59,533 bases of DNA from positions 1 through 59,533 of the forward strand of contig CBFHSE010000003.1 of NCBI GenBank assembly GCA_965658435.1, written 5' to 3'. Below are positions 38,246-49,495 of this stretch, piece by piece (the stretch's first letter is position 1; each line of letters starts with the position of its first letter). A program made the position numbers and the translations under genes. The stretch comes from Rickettsiales bacterium. GTDB lineage: Bacteria; Pseudomonadota; Alphaproteobacteria; Rickettsiales; JABIRX01. The notes beneath the pieces are model-generated. The model was given only the letters and a program-made list of their open reading frames with translations. It was not told where the DNA came from and made no database searches.

Positions 38246-39004
38246 TTACTCAACATCAGACCAGATTCTTTTCTTAGCAATATAAAAAAGAATTGTAAAA
38301 GCAATTAAAAATAAAATTACTTTAATACCCATTCTGTTTCTTGCTTCCATTTCTGGCTCTGCCGTCCATTGTAAGAAATTAACTAAATCTACAGACATTT
38401 GATCTATTGTTGCATTGGTGTTGTCTGCATATTCAACCAATCCATCTGATAATGGTGATGGCATAGCAATTTGCTTACCTGGATAGTATATATTGTAATA
38501 CATCCCATCACCAAGATTTAGGTTCTCTGGTGGATTGCGATATCCATTTAATAATGAGTAAAGATAATTTGCACCATCTGGTCTTGCTTTAACTATTAAT
38601 GATAAATCAGGGGGGTAAGCTCCACCATTTGCTGCTCTTGCAGCATTTTCATTAGGATAGGGCATTGGGAATTTATCTGATGCTCTTCCTGCTCTTTCAT
38701 ACATATCGCCAGATTCATCAGGACCATCTGTTATTTGATAAGTTGCTGCTAAAGATTTTATTTCTGCTTCATTAAAACCAATTTCAGCTAAATTTCTAAA
38801 GTAAACTCTTTTTAGAGAATGGCATGATGCGCAAACTTCTTTGTAAACCTGAAATCCTCTTTGCGCAGATCTTTTATCAATTGATCCTTTAACTCCTTCA
38901 AATTGCCAGATTCTTTTAATTAATGCTTCTGCATCTCCTGCAGCAAAAACATTATTTGAAGTTAAAAGTAATAATAATGATATTTTTAAAAATTTAGTAA
39001 GCAT
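38246..39004 (-). CDS. petC: Cytochrome c1 of the bc1 complex
   Basis: A signal peptide, the heme motif CASCHS, the PPDLS block and a C-terminal TM anchor. Confidence 0.92.
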   Translation of the reverse strand: MLTKFLKISLLLLLTSNNVFAAGDAEALIKRIWQFEGVKGSIDKRSAQRGFQVYKEVCASCHSLKRVYFRNLAEIGFNEAEIKSLAATYQITDGPDESGDMYERAGRASDKFPMPYPNENAARAANGGAYPPDLSLIVKARPDGANYLYSLLNGYRNPPENLNLGDGMYYNIYYPGKQIAMPSPLSDGLVEYADNTNATIDQMSVDLVNFLQWTAEPEMEARNRMGIKVILFLIAFTILFYIAKKRIWSDVE

Positions 39005-39009
39005 AATAA

Positions 39010-40242
39010 TTATTGATGTTTCGCTTTATAATTTTCGTCAATTGATTTTGGTAATGCTATTGGTTTTTCATATTTGTTAATCAAAGGTAGAATAGCCAGG
39101 AAATAAGCAAAATAATATAAAGTTGATATTCTTGATGCTATGACGTAAATTCCTTCGGCAGGTTTTGCTCCTAAATAACCAAGCAATACTACATTTAAAA
39201 TAAATAAAACGTAGAACCATTTAAAGATTGGTCTGTAATAACCGCTATGTGTTTTTGATTTATCTAACCATGGTAATAAGAATAGAATAGCAATTGCTCC
39301 AAACATTGCAATTACTCCACCTAATTTATCAGGAACAGCTCTTAAAATTGCATAAAAAGGTAGAAAATACCATTCAGGTACAATATGAGCTGGAGTAACT
39401 AATGGATTAGCTGGTATGTAATTATCTGGATGTCCTAAAGCATTAGGTTTAAAAAAGACAAAATACATAAAAATTACTAAAAATACACCTAAGCCAAAAA
39501 GGTCTTTAATTGTGTAATAAGGGTGAAAAGGTATGGTGTCTTTTTCAGTTTTAATTTCAACTCCTGTAGGGTTACTAGAACCTGGGATATGAAGAGCAAT
39601 AATATGTAATATAACTATTCCGACAATGATAAAAGGTAAAAGATAATGTAAGGCAAAAAATCTGTTTAATGTTGGATTATCAACAGAATAACCACCCCAC
39701 AACCAAGTAACAATTGAATCACCAATTAATGGAATTGCAGAAAAAAGATTAGTTATAACAGTTGCTCCCCAAAAGCTCATTTGTCCCCAAGGTAAAACAT
39801 AGCCCATAAATGCACTTGCCATCATGGCTAAAAATATAAAAATACCAAGAAACCAAATAATTTCACGGGGTTTTTTATAAGAGCCAAAAAATAATCCTCT
39901 AGCAATATGAGCGTAAACAACTACAAAAAACATTGAAGCTCCAACGGCATGAAGATAACGAATTAACCAACCATAATTAACGTCACGCATTATATGTTCA
40001 ACAGAGTCAAAAGCATGATCAGCATGAGGTGTGTAATGCATAGCAAGAAATATTCCTGTTACAATTTGAATAACTAAAGCAATTCCCGCTAATGAACCAA
40101 AATTCCAAAAATAACTTAAATTTTTAGGTGTTCTATATTGGCCTAAATGTTCATAAACATAAGAAAAAACGGGTAATCTTTCGTCTATCCAGCCAGAAAC
40201 AGGGCCTAATTTTAAAGGTGGAATTTTTGAATTTTTGCTCAT
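39010..40242 (-). CDS. petB: Cytochrome b of the bc1 complex
   Basis: [20 protein letters not shown], the [13 protein letters not shown] (PEWY) motif, and heme-ligand His pairs. Confidence 0.96.
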   Translation of the reverse strand: MSKNSKIPPLKLGPVSGWIDERLPVFSYVYEHLGQYRTPKNLSYFWNFGSLAGIALVIQIVTGIFLAMHYTPHADHAFDSVEHIMRDVNYGWLIRYLHAVGASMFFVVVYAHIARGLFFGSYKKPREIIWFLGIFIFLAMMASAFMGYVLPWGQMSFWGATVITNLFSAIPLIGDSIVTWLWGGYSVDNPTLNRFFALHYLLPFIIVGIVILHIIALHIPGSSNPTGVEIKTEKDTIPFHPYYTIKDLFGLGVFLVIFMYFVFFKPNALGHPDNYIPANPLVTPAHIVPEWYFLPFYAILRAVPDKLGGVIAMFGAIAILFLLPWLDKSKTHSGYYRPIFKWFYVLFILNVVLLGYLGAKPAEGIYVIASRISTLYYFAYFLAILPLINKYEKPIALPKSIDENYKAKHQ

Positions 40243-40245
40243 TGA

Positions 40246-40773
40246 TTATCCTATTTTAATTATATCATCATTAACAAAACTATATTCAGGAACTAGAAGA
40301 TTTTTTGGTGCTGGGCCTTTTCTGATGCGTCCTGATACATCGTAGTGAGAGCCGTGACAAGGGCAAAACCATGCCTCATATTCACCAGATCCTTTACCAA
40401 GTGGAACACAGCCTAAATGGGTGCAAACTCCTAATACTACTAAAAATTCTTCTTTACCAGATTTTACTCTGTCTGAATCTGTTTCAGGATCAGGTAGTTC
40501 ATCAAGAGAAACTGAGCGTGCTGTTTGTAATTCTGCTTCAGTTCTTCTTTTGATGAAAACTGGTTTACCCCTCCACTTAACTTTCATTTCGTCACCAGGT
40601 TCAAGGCCAGAAATATTAACTTCAATTGATGCAAGAGCTTGAACATCTTTGGCTGGATTCATGGATTTTACAAATGGAATAACCGCAGAAGCAGCTCCAA
40701 CTCCAGCAACAGCTGATGCTGTTAATGCTACAAAATCTCTTTTATTATTATCTATTTTATTGTGATCAGACAT
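40246..40773 (-). CDS. petA: Rieske iron-sulfur subunit of the bc1 complex
   Basis: 2Fe-2S boxes CTHLGC and CPCHGS, with a Tat-like N-terminal [14 protein letters not shown]. Confidence 0.96.
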   Translation of the reverse strand: MSDHNKIDNNKRDFVALTASAVAGVGAASAVIPFVKSMNPAKDVQALASIEVNISGLEPGDEMKVKWRGKPVFIKRRTEAELQTARSVSLDELPDPETDSDRVKSGKEEFLVVLGVCTHLGCVPLGKGSGEYEAWFCPCHGSHYDVSGRIRKGPAPKNLLVPEYSFVNDDIIKIG

Positions 40774-40916
40774 TTTGTTATTAAAAATAAGTGAAATATT
40801 TATAGCAAATTACACCTAATTTGCAAGTGAAAATCAATTTTCCAGTAATTTTAATTATCATCATAATAGATAGTTAAAATACATAAATAATGTAGTTAAT
40901 ATAATATGAGGTTCAA

Positions 40917-41135
40917 ATGGATAAACAGGATAAATCGGTTAAATCGGTTAAAGATAAAGAAGTTCAAGATGAATCCACTGTCAATAGTAATATTATTTTA
41001 CCTATTGAATATTTAGAGGATAAAATATTAAAAAACATAGAACAAAAAATTGATATAACAAATACAAGTTTTTTTGACAAACTCAATGAGAATAGAGATC
41101 AAGATGCTTCTAAAGATAATGGGAAAGGTCCCTGA
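40917..41135 (+). CDS. Hypothetical small acidic protein (uncertain)
   Basis: The 72-aa ORF has no recognisable family, contains an internal 9-bp duplication (AATCGGTTA x2), and lies in the island between petA and atpD. Confidence 0.3.
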   Translation: MDKQDKSVKSVKDKEVQDESTVNSNIILPIEYLEDKILKNIEQKIDITNTSFFDKLNENRDQDASKDNGKGP

Positions 41136-41148
41136 TAAGACAGTTTAC

Positions 41149-41384
41149 TTAAGGCTTATGATTTTTTCTAGATATTGCTGAATCTAATTGCTTTAATTTG
41201 GATGCTTGATCTAATTTAGATTGAAGCCTTTCTATATCTTTTTCTATTTTGCTCACTTCTTCCATATATTCTTGATTGGAATCTATTTCATCATTTGATG
41301 CTATTACCAGTTGAGATTCTTTTTTAGCTAGATTTTCTGTTTCTTCTTTTATCTCGTTGGCGATAAAATTAATTTTAATTATTA
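41149..41384 (-). pseudogene. Start-less coiled-coil gene fragment
   Basis: The - strand frame is open for about 78 codons (IANEIKEETENLAKKESQLVIASNDEIDSNQEYMEEVSKIEKDIERLQSKLDQASKLKQLDSAISRKNHKP*). The only ATG is 38 codons before the stop. Confidence 0.2.
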
Positions 41385-41545
41385 TTTAATTATCGCAAAA
41401 ATTTTTCACAAATATTTAAGTTTTTATTCAAGTTCTAGCTCTAAAGCTTTGTTATAATATGAAATTTTGTCTTATCATCTTCATAGAAATTGTAAATCAT
41501 GATTTTATCTAAGTAATAAAGGTTTTTTTAAAACTTCATAGATCA

Positions 41546-42232
41546 TTGCTAGATTGGGAATGGTACACTAACCCGAATGCAATGAGGGTTTTTATCCATT
41601 TCTTAATTGTCGCTAATTATGAGGATAAAGAATGGAAAGGAATTATAATCAAAAGAGGGCAGCTAGTTTGTAGTAGAAGTAAACTAGTACAAGAATTAGG
41701 AATAAGTGAACAAAATATAAGAACAGCATTAAAGAACTTGCAATCAACAAATGATATAACCATAGCAACAAGTGCAAAATATACACTAGTTGAAATTACT
41801 AATTATGATCTTTATCAGGAAAACAAAAAAAGTGGCACACAACCTAACACACAACCTAACACACAACCTAACACACAACCTAACACATGCAAAGCAGCGG
41901 AAATATTGACTTTGCGACCAGAGCCAACCCACAACCTAACACACAAAGTAACACACAAAGTAACCACAACTAAAGAAGAAAAAAAAAAGAACCCCCCTAT
42001 ATCCCCCCAGAGGGAGGAGGGAGATTTTTTTATTTCTGAAAAAGCAAATGATCTAGTTTGGGGTCTAACCAGTGAAAATCGAGAGGAAGCAAAACAACAC
42101 GCAAAAAGCTTATGCCTTCATAAGCTTGCTAATATTTTTCTCAACCGCAAAGAAAAACCAGATTTTCGCAACATAGAAGCCGCTTTTATTGGGTGGATAA
42201 AATGCTATACAAAAAAATGGCAAGTTAATTGA
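41546..42232 (+). CDS. Phage/plasmid-type winged-helix replication-initiation-like protein (DnaD/replisome-organizer N-terminal-like), possibly 5'-degraded
   Basis: (KLHRS)LLDWEWYTNPNAMRVFIHFLIVANYEDKEWKG...KRGQLVCSRSKLVQELGISEQNIRTALKNL is the pattern I know from phage/plasmid replication-organizer N-terminal domains. The frame is open from 41513 (VIKVFLKLHRS...) with no ATG, so only TTG 41546 is available as a start. GC is visibly higher than in the flanks. Confidence 0.55.
   Translation: MLDWEWYTNPNAMRVFIHFLIVANYEDKEWKGIIIKRGQLVCSRSKLVQELGISEQNIRTALKNLQSTNDITIATSAKYTLVEITNYDLYQENKKSGTQPNTQPNTQPNTQPNTCKAAEILTLRPEPTHNLTHKVTHKVTTTKEEKKKNPPISPQREEGDFFISEKANDLVWGLTSENREEAKQHAKSLCLHKLANIFLNRKEKPDFRNIEAAFIGWIKCYTKKWQVN
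41837..41884 (+). repeat. 12-bp in-frame microsatellite (ACACAACCTAAC x4)
   Basis: Four perfect tandem copies encode (TQPN)4. Related degenerate copies (CACAACCTAACACACAAAGTAACACACAAAGTAAC) lie about 50 bp downstream. Confidence 0.9.
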
Positions 42233-42437
42233 GGGTTAAATGCTACTAAAAAATCAAATATTAGATAGTTAAAGCTCTAAGGAAAAAGGGGTTTTAAATG
42301 ATGTTTAAATCTAGTGTTTTTAAGAATTTGGCTGTTTATGAAGAAAAATTTATTTTTAAATATTACTTTTCACTTGAATATAATTCAATGCAATATTATG
42401 TTCATGATGTTTGCAATTTTGGAAAAATAAAAATTAA

Positions 42438-43868
<1,431 letters not shown>

Positions 43869-43871
43869 TTT

Positions 43872-44270
43872 ATGATTGGTTTAAATTATAAAATAGTTAC
43901 ACCTGAAAAAATATATAGAGAAGATAAAGCTGATATGGTGATTATACCTTCTGTTGACGGTGATATGGGGATTTGTGAGAATCATTTGCCAATTTTAGCA
44001 AATTTGCAAACTGGTTATATTGAGATTTATGTAAATTCTAAATTAGTTGAAAAAATCTTTATTAATAGTGCTGTAGCAAAATTTAGTGATAATAATTTAG
44101 TTATTTTATGTGAAAAAATAATTGATTTAAATCAGGTTGATATTAAAAAGCTAAAAGCTGAAATTATTTCTCTTGAAAATATGCAAAAATCTGAAAGTGA
44201 CCTTGAGAGTCATAAATTACAAGAAAAAATAAACTCTAATAATAAAATTCTTGCAGCGCTTGCAGTATAA
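43872..44270 (+). CDS. atpC: F1 ATP synthase epsilon subunit
   Basis: 132 aa, with IVTPEKIY...ADMVIIPSVDGDMGICENHLP, immediately downstream of atpD. Confidence 0.9.
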   Translation: MIGLNYKIVTPEKIYREDKADMVIIPSVDGDMGICENHLPILANLQTGYIEIYVNSKLVEKIFINSAVAKFSDNNLVILCEKIIDLNQVDIKKLKAEIISLENMQKSESDLESHKLQEKINSNNKILAALAV

Positions 44271-44835
44271 TATATTTGCTTATTAATCACGTTTTTGTGA
44301 GTTACTCTAATATTTAAATGATTGATTTGATATTAAAAAGCTAATGGCTTGAATTATTTCTCTTGAAAATATGCAAAAATCTGAAAGTGATGATTTAGAG
44401 TCATAAAATTAAGAAAAAATAAACTCTAATAATAAAATTCTTGCAGCGATTGTAGCATAATATATTTGCTTATTAATCACGTTTTTGTGAGTTACTCTAA
44501 TATTTAAATGATTGATTTGATATTAAAAAGCTAATGGCTTGAATTATTTCTCTTGAAAATATGCAAAAATCTGAAAGTGATGATTTAGAGTCATAAAATT
44601 AAGAAAAAATAAACTCTAATAATAAAATTCTTGCAGCGCTTGCAGCATAATTTATTTGCTTATTAAGAATTTTTTTACCAGAAACTCTAATATTAAAATA
44701 ATTTATCTGTTATTAAAAAACTAATATCTTGAATTATTTCTCTTGAAAATATGCAAAAATCTGAAAGTGATCTTGAGAGTAATAAATTACAAGAAAAAAT
44801 AAACTCTAATAATAAATTATTACAGCAGTTAATAC
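44131..44835 (+). repeat. 190-bp tandem repeat, about 3.7 units; the first unit is the 3' end of atpC plus its downstream flank
   Basis: TCTTGAAAATATGCAAAAATCTGAAAGTGA starts at 44171, 44361, 44551 and 44741, an exact 190-bp period. The array fills the whole atpC-rnhA spacer. Confidence 0.92.
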
Positions 44836-45276
44836 TTAATTATCATTTAATTCTTCTGCTGCAGATCTTGCTAGATTATCAACAAGATCATTATATTTAT
44901 CTCCTGAATGTCCCTTAACCCATTGCCAGTTTACTTGATGCTTATTGTTAAGATCTGCTAATTCTTGCCATAATTCTTTATTTTTTACAGCTTTTTTATT
45001 TGCGCTTTGCCAATTATTTTTTTCCCAATTTTTTATCCATAAAGTAATGCCATTTTTAACGTAAGTAGAATCTGTTATCAGGGTAACTTCACATTTTTCT
45101 TTAAGGGTTTTTAGTGAATTTATAGCAGCTAATAACTCCATTTGGTTATTAGTGACATTTTTTGCATTTCCTGAAATTTCTTTTTTTATATCATTATAAA
45201 TTAAAATTGCGCCCCAGCCTCCATTACCAGGATTGCCTAAAGATGAGCCATCTGTGTAAATTGTAATTTTTTTCAT
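44836..45276 (-). CDS. rnhA: Ribonuclease HI
   Basis: IYTDGSSLGNPGNGGWG, TNNQMELLAA and VKGHSGDKYNDLVDNLA blocks. Confidence 0.92.
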   Translation of the reverse strand: MKKITIYTDGSSLGNPGNGGWGAILIYNDIKKEISGNAKNVTNNQMELLAAINSLKTLKEKCEVTLITDSTYVKNGITLWIKNWEKNNWQSANKKAVKNKELWQELADLNNKHQVNWQWVKGHSGDKYNDLVDNLARSAAEELNDN

Positions 45277-46226
45277 TAGATAGTTATTTTATTTTTATTG
45301 TAAAATTCTAATATTTTAAAATATTCACTAGGATCTTTAGCTGTTACTAAATCATCTTTTTTATATTCTAATTTATCTGCAACACGTGATAAATAAAATC
45401 TTAGAGCTGCGATAATACAAAAATTATGCAGATTTTCTTTTTCATTCTTATCTAAAATTGTGATTGTTTGATAGCCTTTGATAAAATTATTTAAGAGATT
45501 TAAATTTATATTTTGTTTTTTATCAAAGCACCATGAATTTATAATTATGGCAATATCAAGCATAAGATAATCTTCACATGCAAAATAAAAATCTATTAAT
45601 CCTGAAATTTCATTATTAGTGATAAAAACATTATCTGGAAATAGATCTGCATGGATAACTGATTTTCTAATATTAGAGAGATCTAATTGGGAAATTCTTG
45701 TAAAAAAATATTCAATTAATCCTAGTTCTTGTTCACTAATTGCTTTTTTTAATTTTAATTTTTGTTTTAATTTTATTAATTGAAAAAGCCCATATTGATT
45801 TTCTCTTTTTTTAGAAAAACTTTGAGTAATTTGGTGAAATCTGGCAAGTATTTTGCCTAAATTAAACATTATTATTGGGTTTATTTCAGTTTCTTCTGCT
45901 AAGCTGCCATTTAAAAATGAGATTATTATTCCGGTTTTTGCTTTGAAATTAAAATCAAGATGATTTTTGTTGTTGCGAAAAATTTGGGGGGCAGGGAAGT
46001 TGTTTTTATTGAGATGCTCTATTAATTGTAAAAAAAATGGCAGATCTGGTTTATAGAGTTTTTTTTCAAAAATTGTTAAAACAAATTTACCTTGATTGGT
46101 ATTTAAGAAAAAGTTAGAATTTTCCACACCTTTTTCTATGGCTTGATAATCAGTTAGATTGCCAATATTATAATTTAATAAAATGGTTTTTATATCATCT
46201 TTGGATAATTTTGTAAAAACTGCCAT
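45276..46226 (-). CDS. thrB: Homoserine kinase, type II (APH-fold)
   Basis: MAVFTKLSKDDIKTILLNYNIG...GVENSNFFLNT...FVLTIFEK N-terminal pattern, plus the HADLFPDNVF catalytic loop and the GLIDFYFA block. Confidence 0.8.
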   Translation of the reverse strand: MAVFTKLSKDDIKTILLNYNIGNLTDYQAIEKGVENSNFFLNTNQGKFVLTIFEKKLYKPDLPFFLQLIEHLNKNNFPAPQIFRNNKNHLDFNFKAKTGIIISFLNGSLAEETEINPIIMFNLGKILARFHQITQSFSKKRENQYGLFQLIKLKQKLKLKKAISEQELGLIEYFFTRISQLDLSNIRKSVIHADLFPDNVFITNNEISGLIDFYFACEDYLMLDIAIIINSWCFDKKQNINLNLLNNFIKGYQTITILDKNEKENLHNFCIIAALRFYLSRVADKLEYKKDDLVTAKDPSEYFKILEFYNKNKITI

Positions 46227-46264
46227 AAATAAAATGTAAAATTAATATTTATATTATTTTTTAA

Positions 46265-49200
46265 ATGAAATGCAATGCAATAATAGCAGACCCAAATAAA
46301 TCATGTTTTATATCTGCTAATGCTGGATCAGGTAAAACTAAGATTATTATTGATAGAATTATTTCTTTGTTAATTTTTGGTGTTAACCCTTCTAAAATTC
46401 TTGCTCTTACCTTTACTAATTCAGCAGCATTGGAAATGAAGGAGAGAGTTATATTTATGTTAGAAAGATATATTCAAGCCTCAGATAGTGAGATAAATAA
46501 TTTATTAGATGAGTTAAAAATAATTGATTTCTCCTTAGAAGAAGTTAAAGAAAATTTACATGATTCATATGAAAAAATAACTGAATTTAAAATCCAAACT
46601 ATTCATAGTTTCTGTCAGTCTTTACTTAAAAAATATGCTATAGAAGCTGGTCTTTCTAATGATTTTGCCATTATAGATGATAATTATGCTTTAGAATTAC
46701 AGGATTTAGCAAAAGAAGATTTTTTTCAAATTAAGGCTGTGAAAGAGGTAAGTGATTATTTTTTTAGTCAGTTTCATTATAATATTATTGCAGAAATTAT
46801 TGATGAGATAATTGCAAAAAGAGTAAAGATTGAATTTGTTTTAGATAAATATCCTGATTTTACAGCTTATATAAAGGAAATTTATAAATTTTTTAAATTA
46901 GAAATAAATAAGGATTTTCGTAAAGATATTTTAAATAAATTAGAAGATAAATTAGATTTAAATTTTTTAAAAGATTTAAGTAATGCAATTAATCAATATG
47001 GAAGTAAAACAGATTTGGCTAGGTTGGATGCTTTAAATAATTTACAAAATAAAGTTGGCAGTAATTTTTCTTTTAAGGATTTTCAAGATTTTTTTTGTAA
47101 AAAAGATGGTTTTTTTAGAGCTAAATTAGTTACTAAAAAAATTGCTGAGTTAACTCCAAATTATAATTTAATTATTACTGAAATAGCTAATTTATATGAA
47201 GGGTTGTATGAAGATCTTAAATCCTATGAAATGGCAGAATTTATGGAGAATTATGCTTTTTTAGCTCGTATATTTATTACTAATTATCAAGCAATTAAAC
47301 AAAAAGAAAATTTGTTAGATTATGAAGATATAATTTTATTTACTATAAAATTACTTAAAGATTCTAATGTTAGGGAACAGATATTATATAATTGTGACAG
47401 AAATATTCATCATATTTTGCTTGATGAGGCGCAAGATACAAGTCCTTGGCAATGGGAGATTGTTAATTTACTTTTAGAAGATTTTTTATCAGCTAAAAAA
47501 GATAAGAAAATTAAAGATAAATTACAGAGCTTTTTTATTGTAGGAGATGAAAAGCAATCTATTTATAGTTTTCAAGGAGCAGATCATAAGTTATTTCATA
47601 AGATGCGTTCTCATTTTAAAGAGAAGTTAAATTTATTAGATAGTAAGCTATATGAAGTTTCTCTTGATAAATCTTATCGTAGTCAGCAAGCTATTTTAGA
47701 ATTAGTAGATCAATTTGCTAATTTAGATTTGGTTAAGGATTCTTTATCTGAAGATGGCAGTAAAATAAAGCATTTAGTTACTAGAAAAACTGAAAATTCT
47801 AATGTTGAATTATGGAAAATTAATTTAGAAGATAAGAATGAAGAAAAAACATTAGAGTGGGCATATCCTACTAAATTTATCGATAAAATTTATAAAGAGG
47901 ATGCTAATGCTGAATTAATTGCAGATTTTATTGCAAAAAAATTAACTAATGACCAGATTATGCCTGGAAATGGTCAGGTAATTAAGCCAAGTGATATATT
48001 AATTTTATGTAGGAAAAGAAATCAAACTTATAAAGCAATTATTAGAGCATTATGCAAAAAAGCTATTAAAGTAAGTGGTGATACAAAATTTAATTTGTTA
48101 GATTATGTATTAATAATGGATCTAATTGGTTTTTTAAAATTTGTTTATTTTCCAGAAGATGATCTAAATTTAGCAGCAATTTTAAAAGCACCTTTATTCC
48201 AAATGAGTGAAGAGGATATATTTGAATTATGCTATGATAGGGGAGAAGAAAAATTAATTAATATTATAAAAATTTGTAAGCCAGAAATTTACCAAAAACT
48301 TATTAGTTTGCAGCAATTAGAAGCTAATTTGGCTTTGGATGAATTTTATTTATATTTATTAGATATTTGTGGTTTGCGCGAAAAATATATTTTGCAATAT
48401 GGCAAAGAAATTAATGATTTAATTAATTGCTTTTTAAAGATAGTTAATGATTTTCATTTGCGTGATATGAATAATAAGAATTTTCTAGAATTTATTCATA
48501 GTTATAATGTTTCTGCATCTATTAATATGGTAAATGCAAATGATATATTAAATATTATGACTATACATAAAGCAAAAGGTTTGCAAGCTCCGATTGTGTT
48601 TGTAATATTTGATGGTTTGAAGGATAATTCATTTAAAAGAAATTATGTGGAAATAGATTATAATAATAATTTATTAATGGCTGTAAATTATCGCAAAATT
48701 GCAGCTTTAGAAGATTATTTTTCTGAATTTACTAGGTTAAAACTCTCTGAAGAGCTAAGATTAATTTATGTTGCTTTAACTAGGGCAAGAGATGAATTAT
48801 ATTTGCTTTCTTTTAATAAAAAAAATGAAGATAATTTTATCTATGATTTATTATTATCTTTAGTAAATAAAAATAATTTTTTAGAATCTGATCTTAAATT
48901 TGTTAAATCTCATAAAAAAATTAAATTAGAAAAAAAAGATCCAAAAGAAGAAAATTCTGTTTCATATTTAAAATTTAATATTGATGAAAATAAAATAAAT
49001 CATAAATCTGCTAATTTGAAATTTGAATTAGAAGATAAATTAGAAACATATGAAGCAAAAATAGGGGAGGTTTATCATTATTTATTAGCATTTTTAGTTT
49101 CTAATGGGGAATTGAAATTTCTGGATAAAGAAATAAATAAAGTGGCTTTATTTCTAACTGAAAATGAAAAAAAAGAAATTTTAATAAATTTGCATGATAT

Positions 49201-49495
49201 TTATAATAGTGAAATCGGTGATTTATTTTTTAAAAATAATGGTTTTCCTGAATTATCATTAAATTTATTTGAAGATAATAAAAATTATCAAGGCAGGTTA
49301 GATTTATTATTAATAATTGAGAGTAAGGCAATGATTATTGATTATAAATTTTGTAAAAATCCTATAGTTTTGCAAGAATATAAAGAGCAATTAGAATTTT
49401 ATGAAAAATTAGTAAGGGCAAATTATCCAGAATTACAAATTATTGAGAAATATAATTTCTTTATTAAAGAGAAAAAACTAGTAAAAATTAGTTAA
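46265..49495 (+). CDS. addA: AddA-type helicase-nuclease (UvrD/Rep helicase with C-terminal PD-(D/E)XK nuclease)
   Basis: Helicase motifs ANAGSGKT, LLDEAQDTSP, VGDEKQSIYSFQGA, SYRS, TIHKAKGLQ and YVALTRARDELYL. The C-terminal nuclease block is GRLDLLLI...IIDYKF. Confidence 0.82.
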   Translation: MKCNAIIADPNKSCFISANAGSGKTKIIIDRIISLLIFGVNPSKILALTFTNSAALEMKERVIFMLERYIQASDSEINNLLDELKIIDFSLEEVKENLHDSYEKITEFKIQTIHSFCQSLLKKYAIEAGLSNDFAIIDDNYALELQDLAKEDFFQIKAVKEVSDYFFSQFHYNIIAEIIDEIIAKRVKIEFVLDKYPDFTAYIKEIYKFFKLEINKDFRKDILNKLEDKLDLNFLKDLSNAINQYGSKTDLARLDALNNLQNKVGSNFSFKDFQDFFCKKDGFFRAKLVTKKIAELTPNYNLIITEIANLYEGLYEDLKSYEMAEFMENYAFLARIFITNYQAIKQKENLLDYEDIILFTIKLLKDSNVREQILYNCDRNIHHILLDEAQDTSPWQWEIVNLLLEDFLSAKKDKKIKDKLQSFFIVGDEKQSIYSFQGADHKLFHKMRSHFKEKLNLLDSKLYEVSLDKSYRSQQAILELVDQFANLDLVKDSLSEDGSKIKHLVTRKTENSNVELWKINLEDKNEEKTLEWAYPTKFIDKIYKEDANAELIADFIAKKLTNDQIMPGNGQVIKPSDILILCRKRNQTYKAIIRALCKKAIKVSGDTKFNLLDYVLIMDLIGFLKFVYFPEDDLNLAAILKAPLFQMSEEDIFELCYDRGEEKLINIIKICKPEIYQKLISLQQLEANLALDEFYLYLLDICGLREKYILQYGKEINDLINCFLKIVNDFHLRDMNNKNFLEFIHSYNVSASINMVNANDILNIMTIHKAKGLQAPIVFVIFDGLKDNSFKRNYVEIDYNNNLLMAVNYRKIAALEDYFSEFTRLKLSEELRLIYVALTRARDELYLLSFNKKNEDNFIYDLLLSLVNKNNFLESDLKFVKSHKKIKLEKKDPKEENSVSYLKFNIDENKINHKSANLKFELEDKLETYEAKIGEVYHYLLAFLVSNGELKFLDKEINKVALFLTENEKKEILINLHDIYNSEIGDLFFKNNGFPELSLNLFEDNKNYQGRLDLLLIIESKAMIIDYKFCKNPIVLQEYKEQLEFYEKLVRANYPELQIIEKYNFFIKEKKLVKIS

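Noticed and set aside
40371-40642. Plus-strand ORFs 40371-40553 and 40421-40642
   Set aside because: They are antisense to the Rieske gene petA and have no independent support.
44131-44835. Possible CRISPR array, because of regularly spaced repeats
   Set aside because: The units are contiguous 190-bp copies with no unique spacers, they derive from the atpC 3' end, and no cas genes are present.
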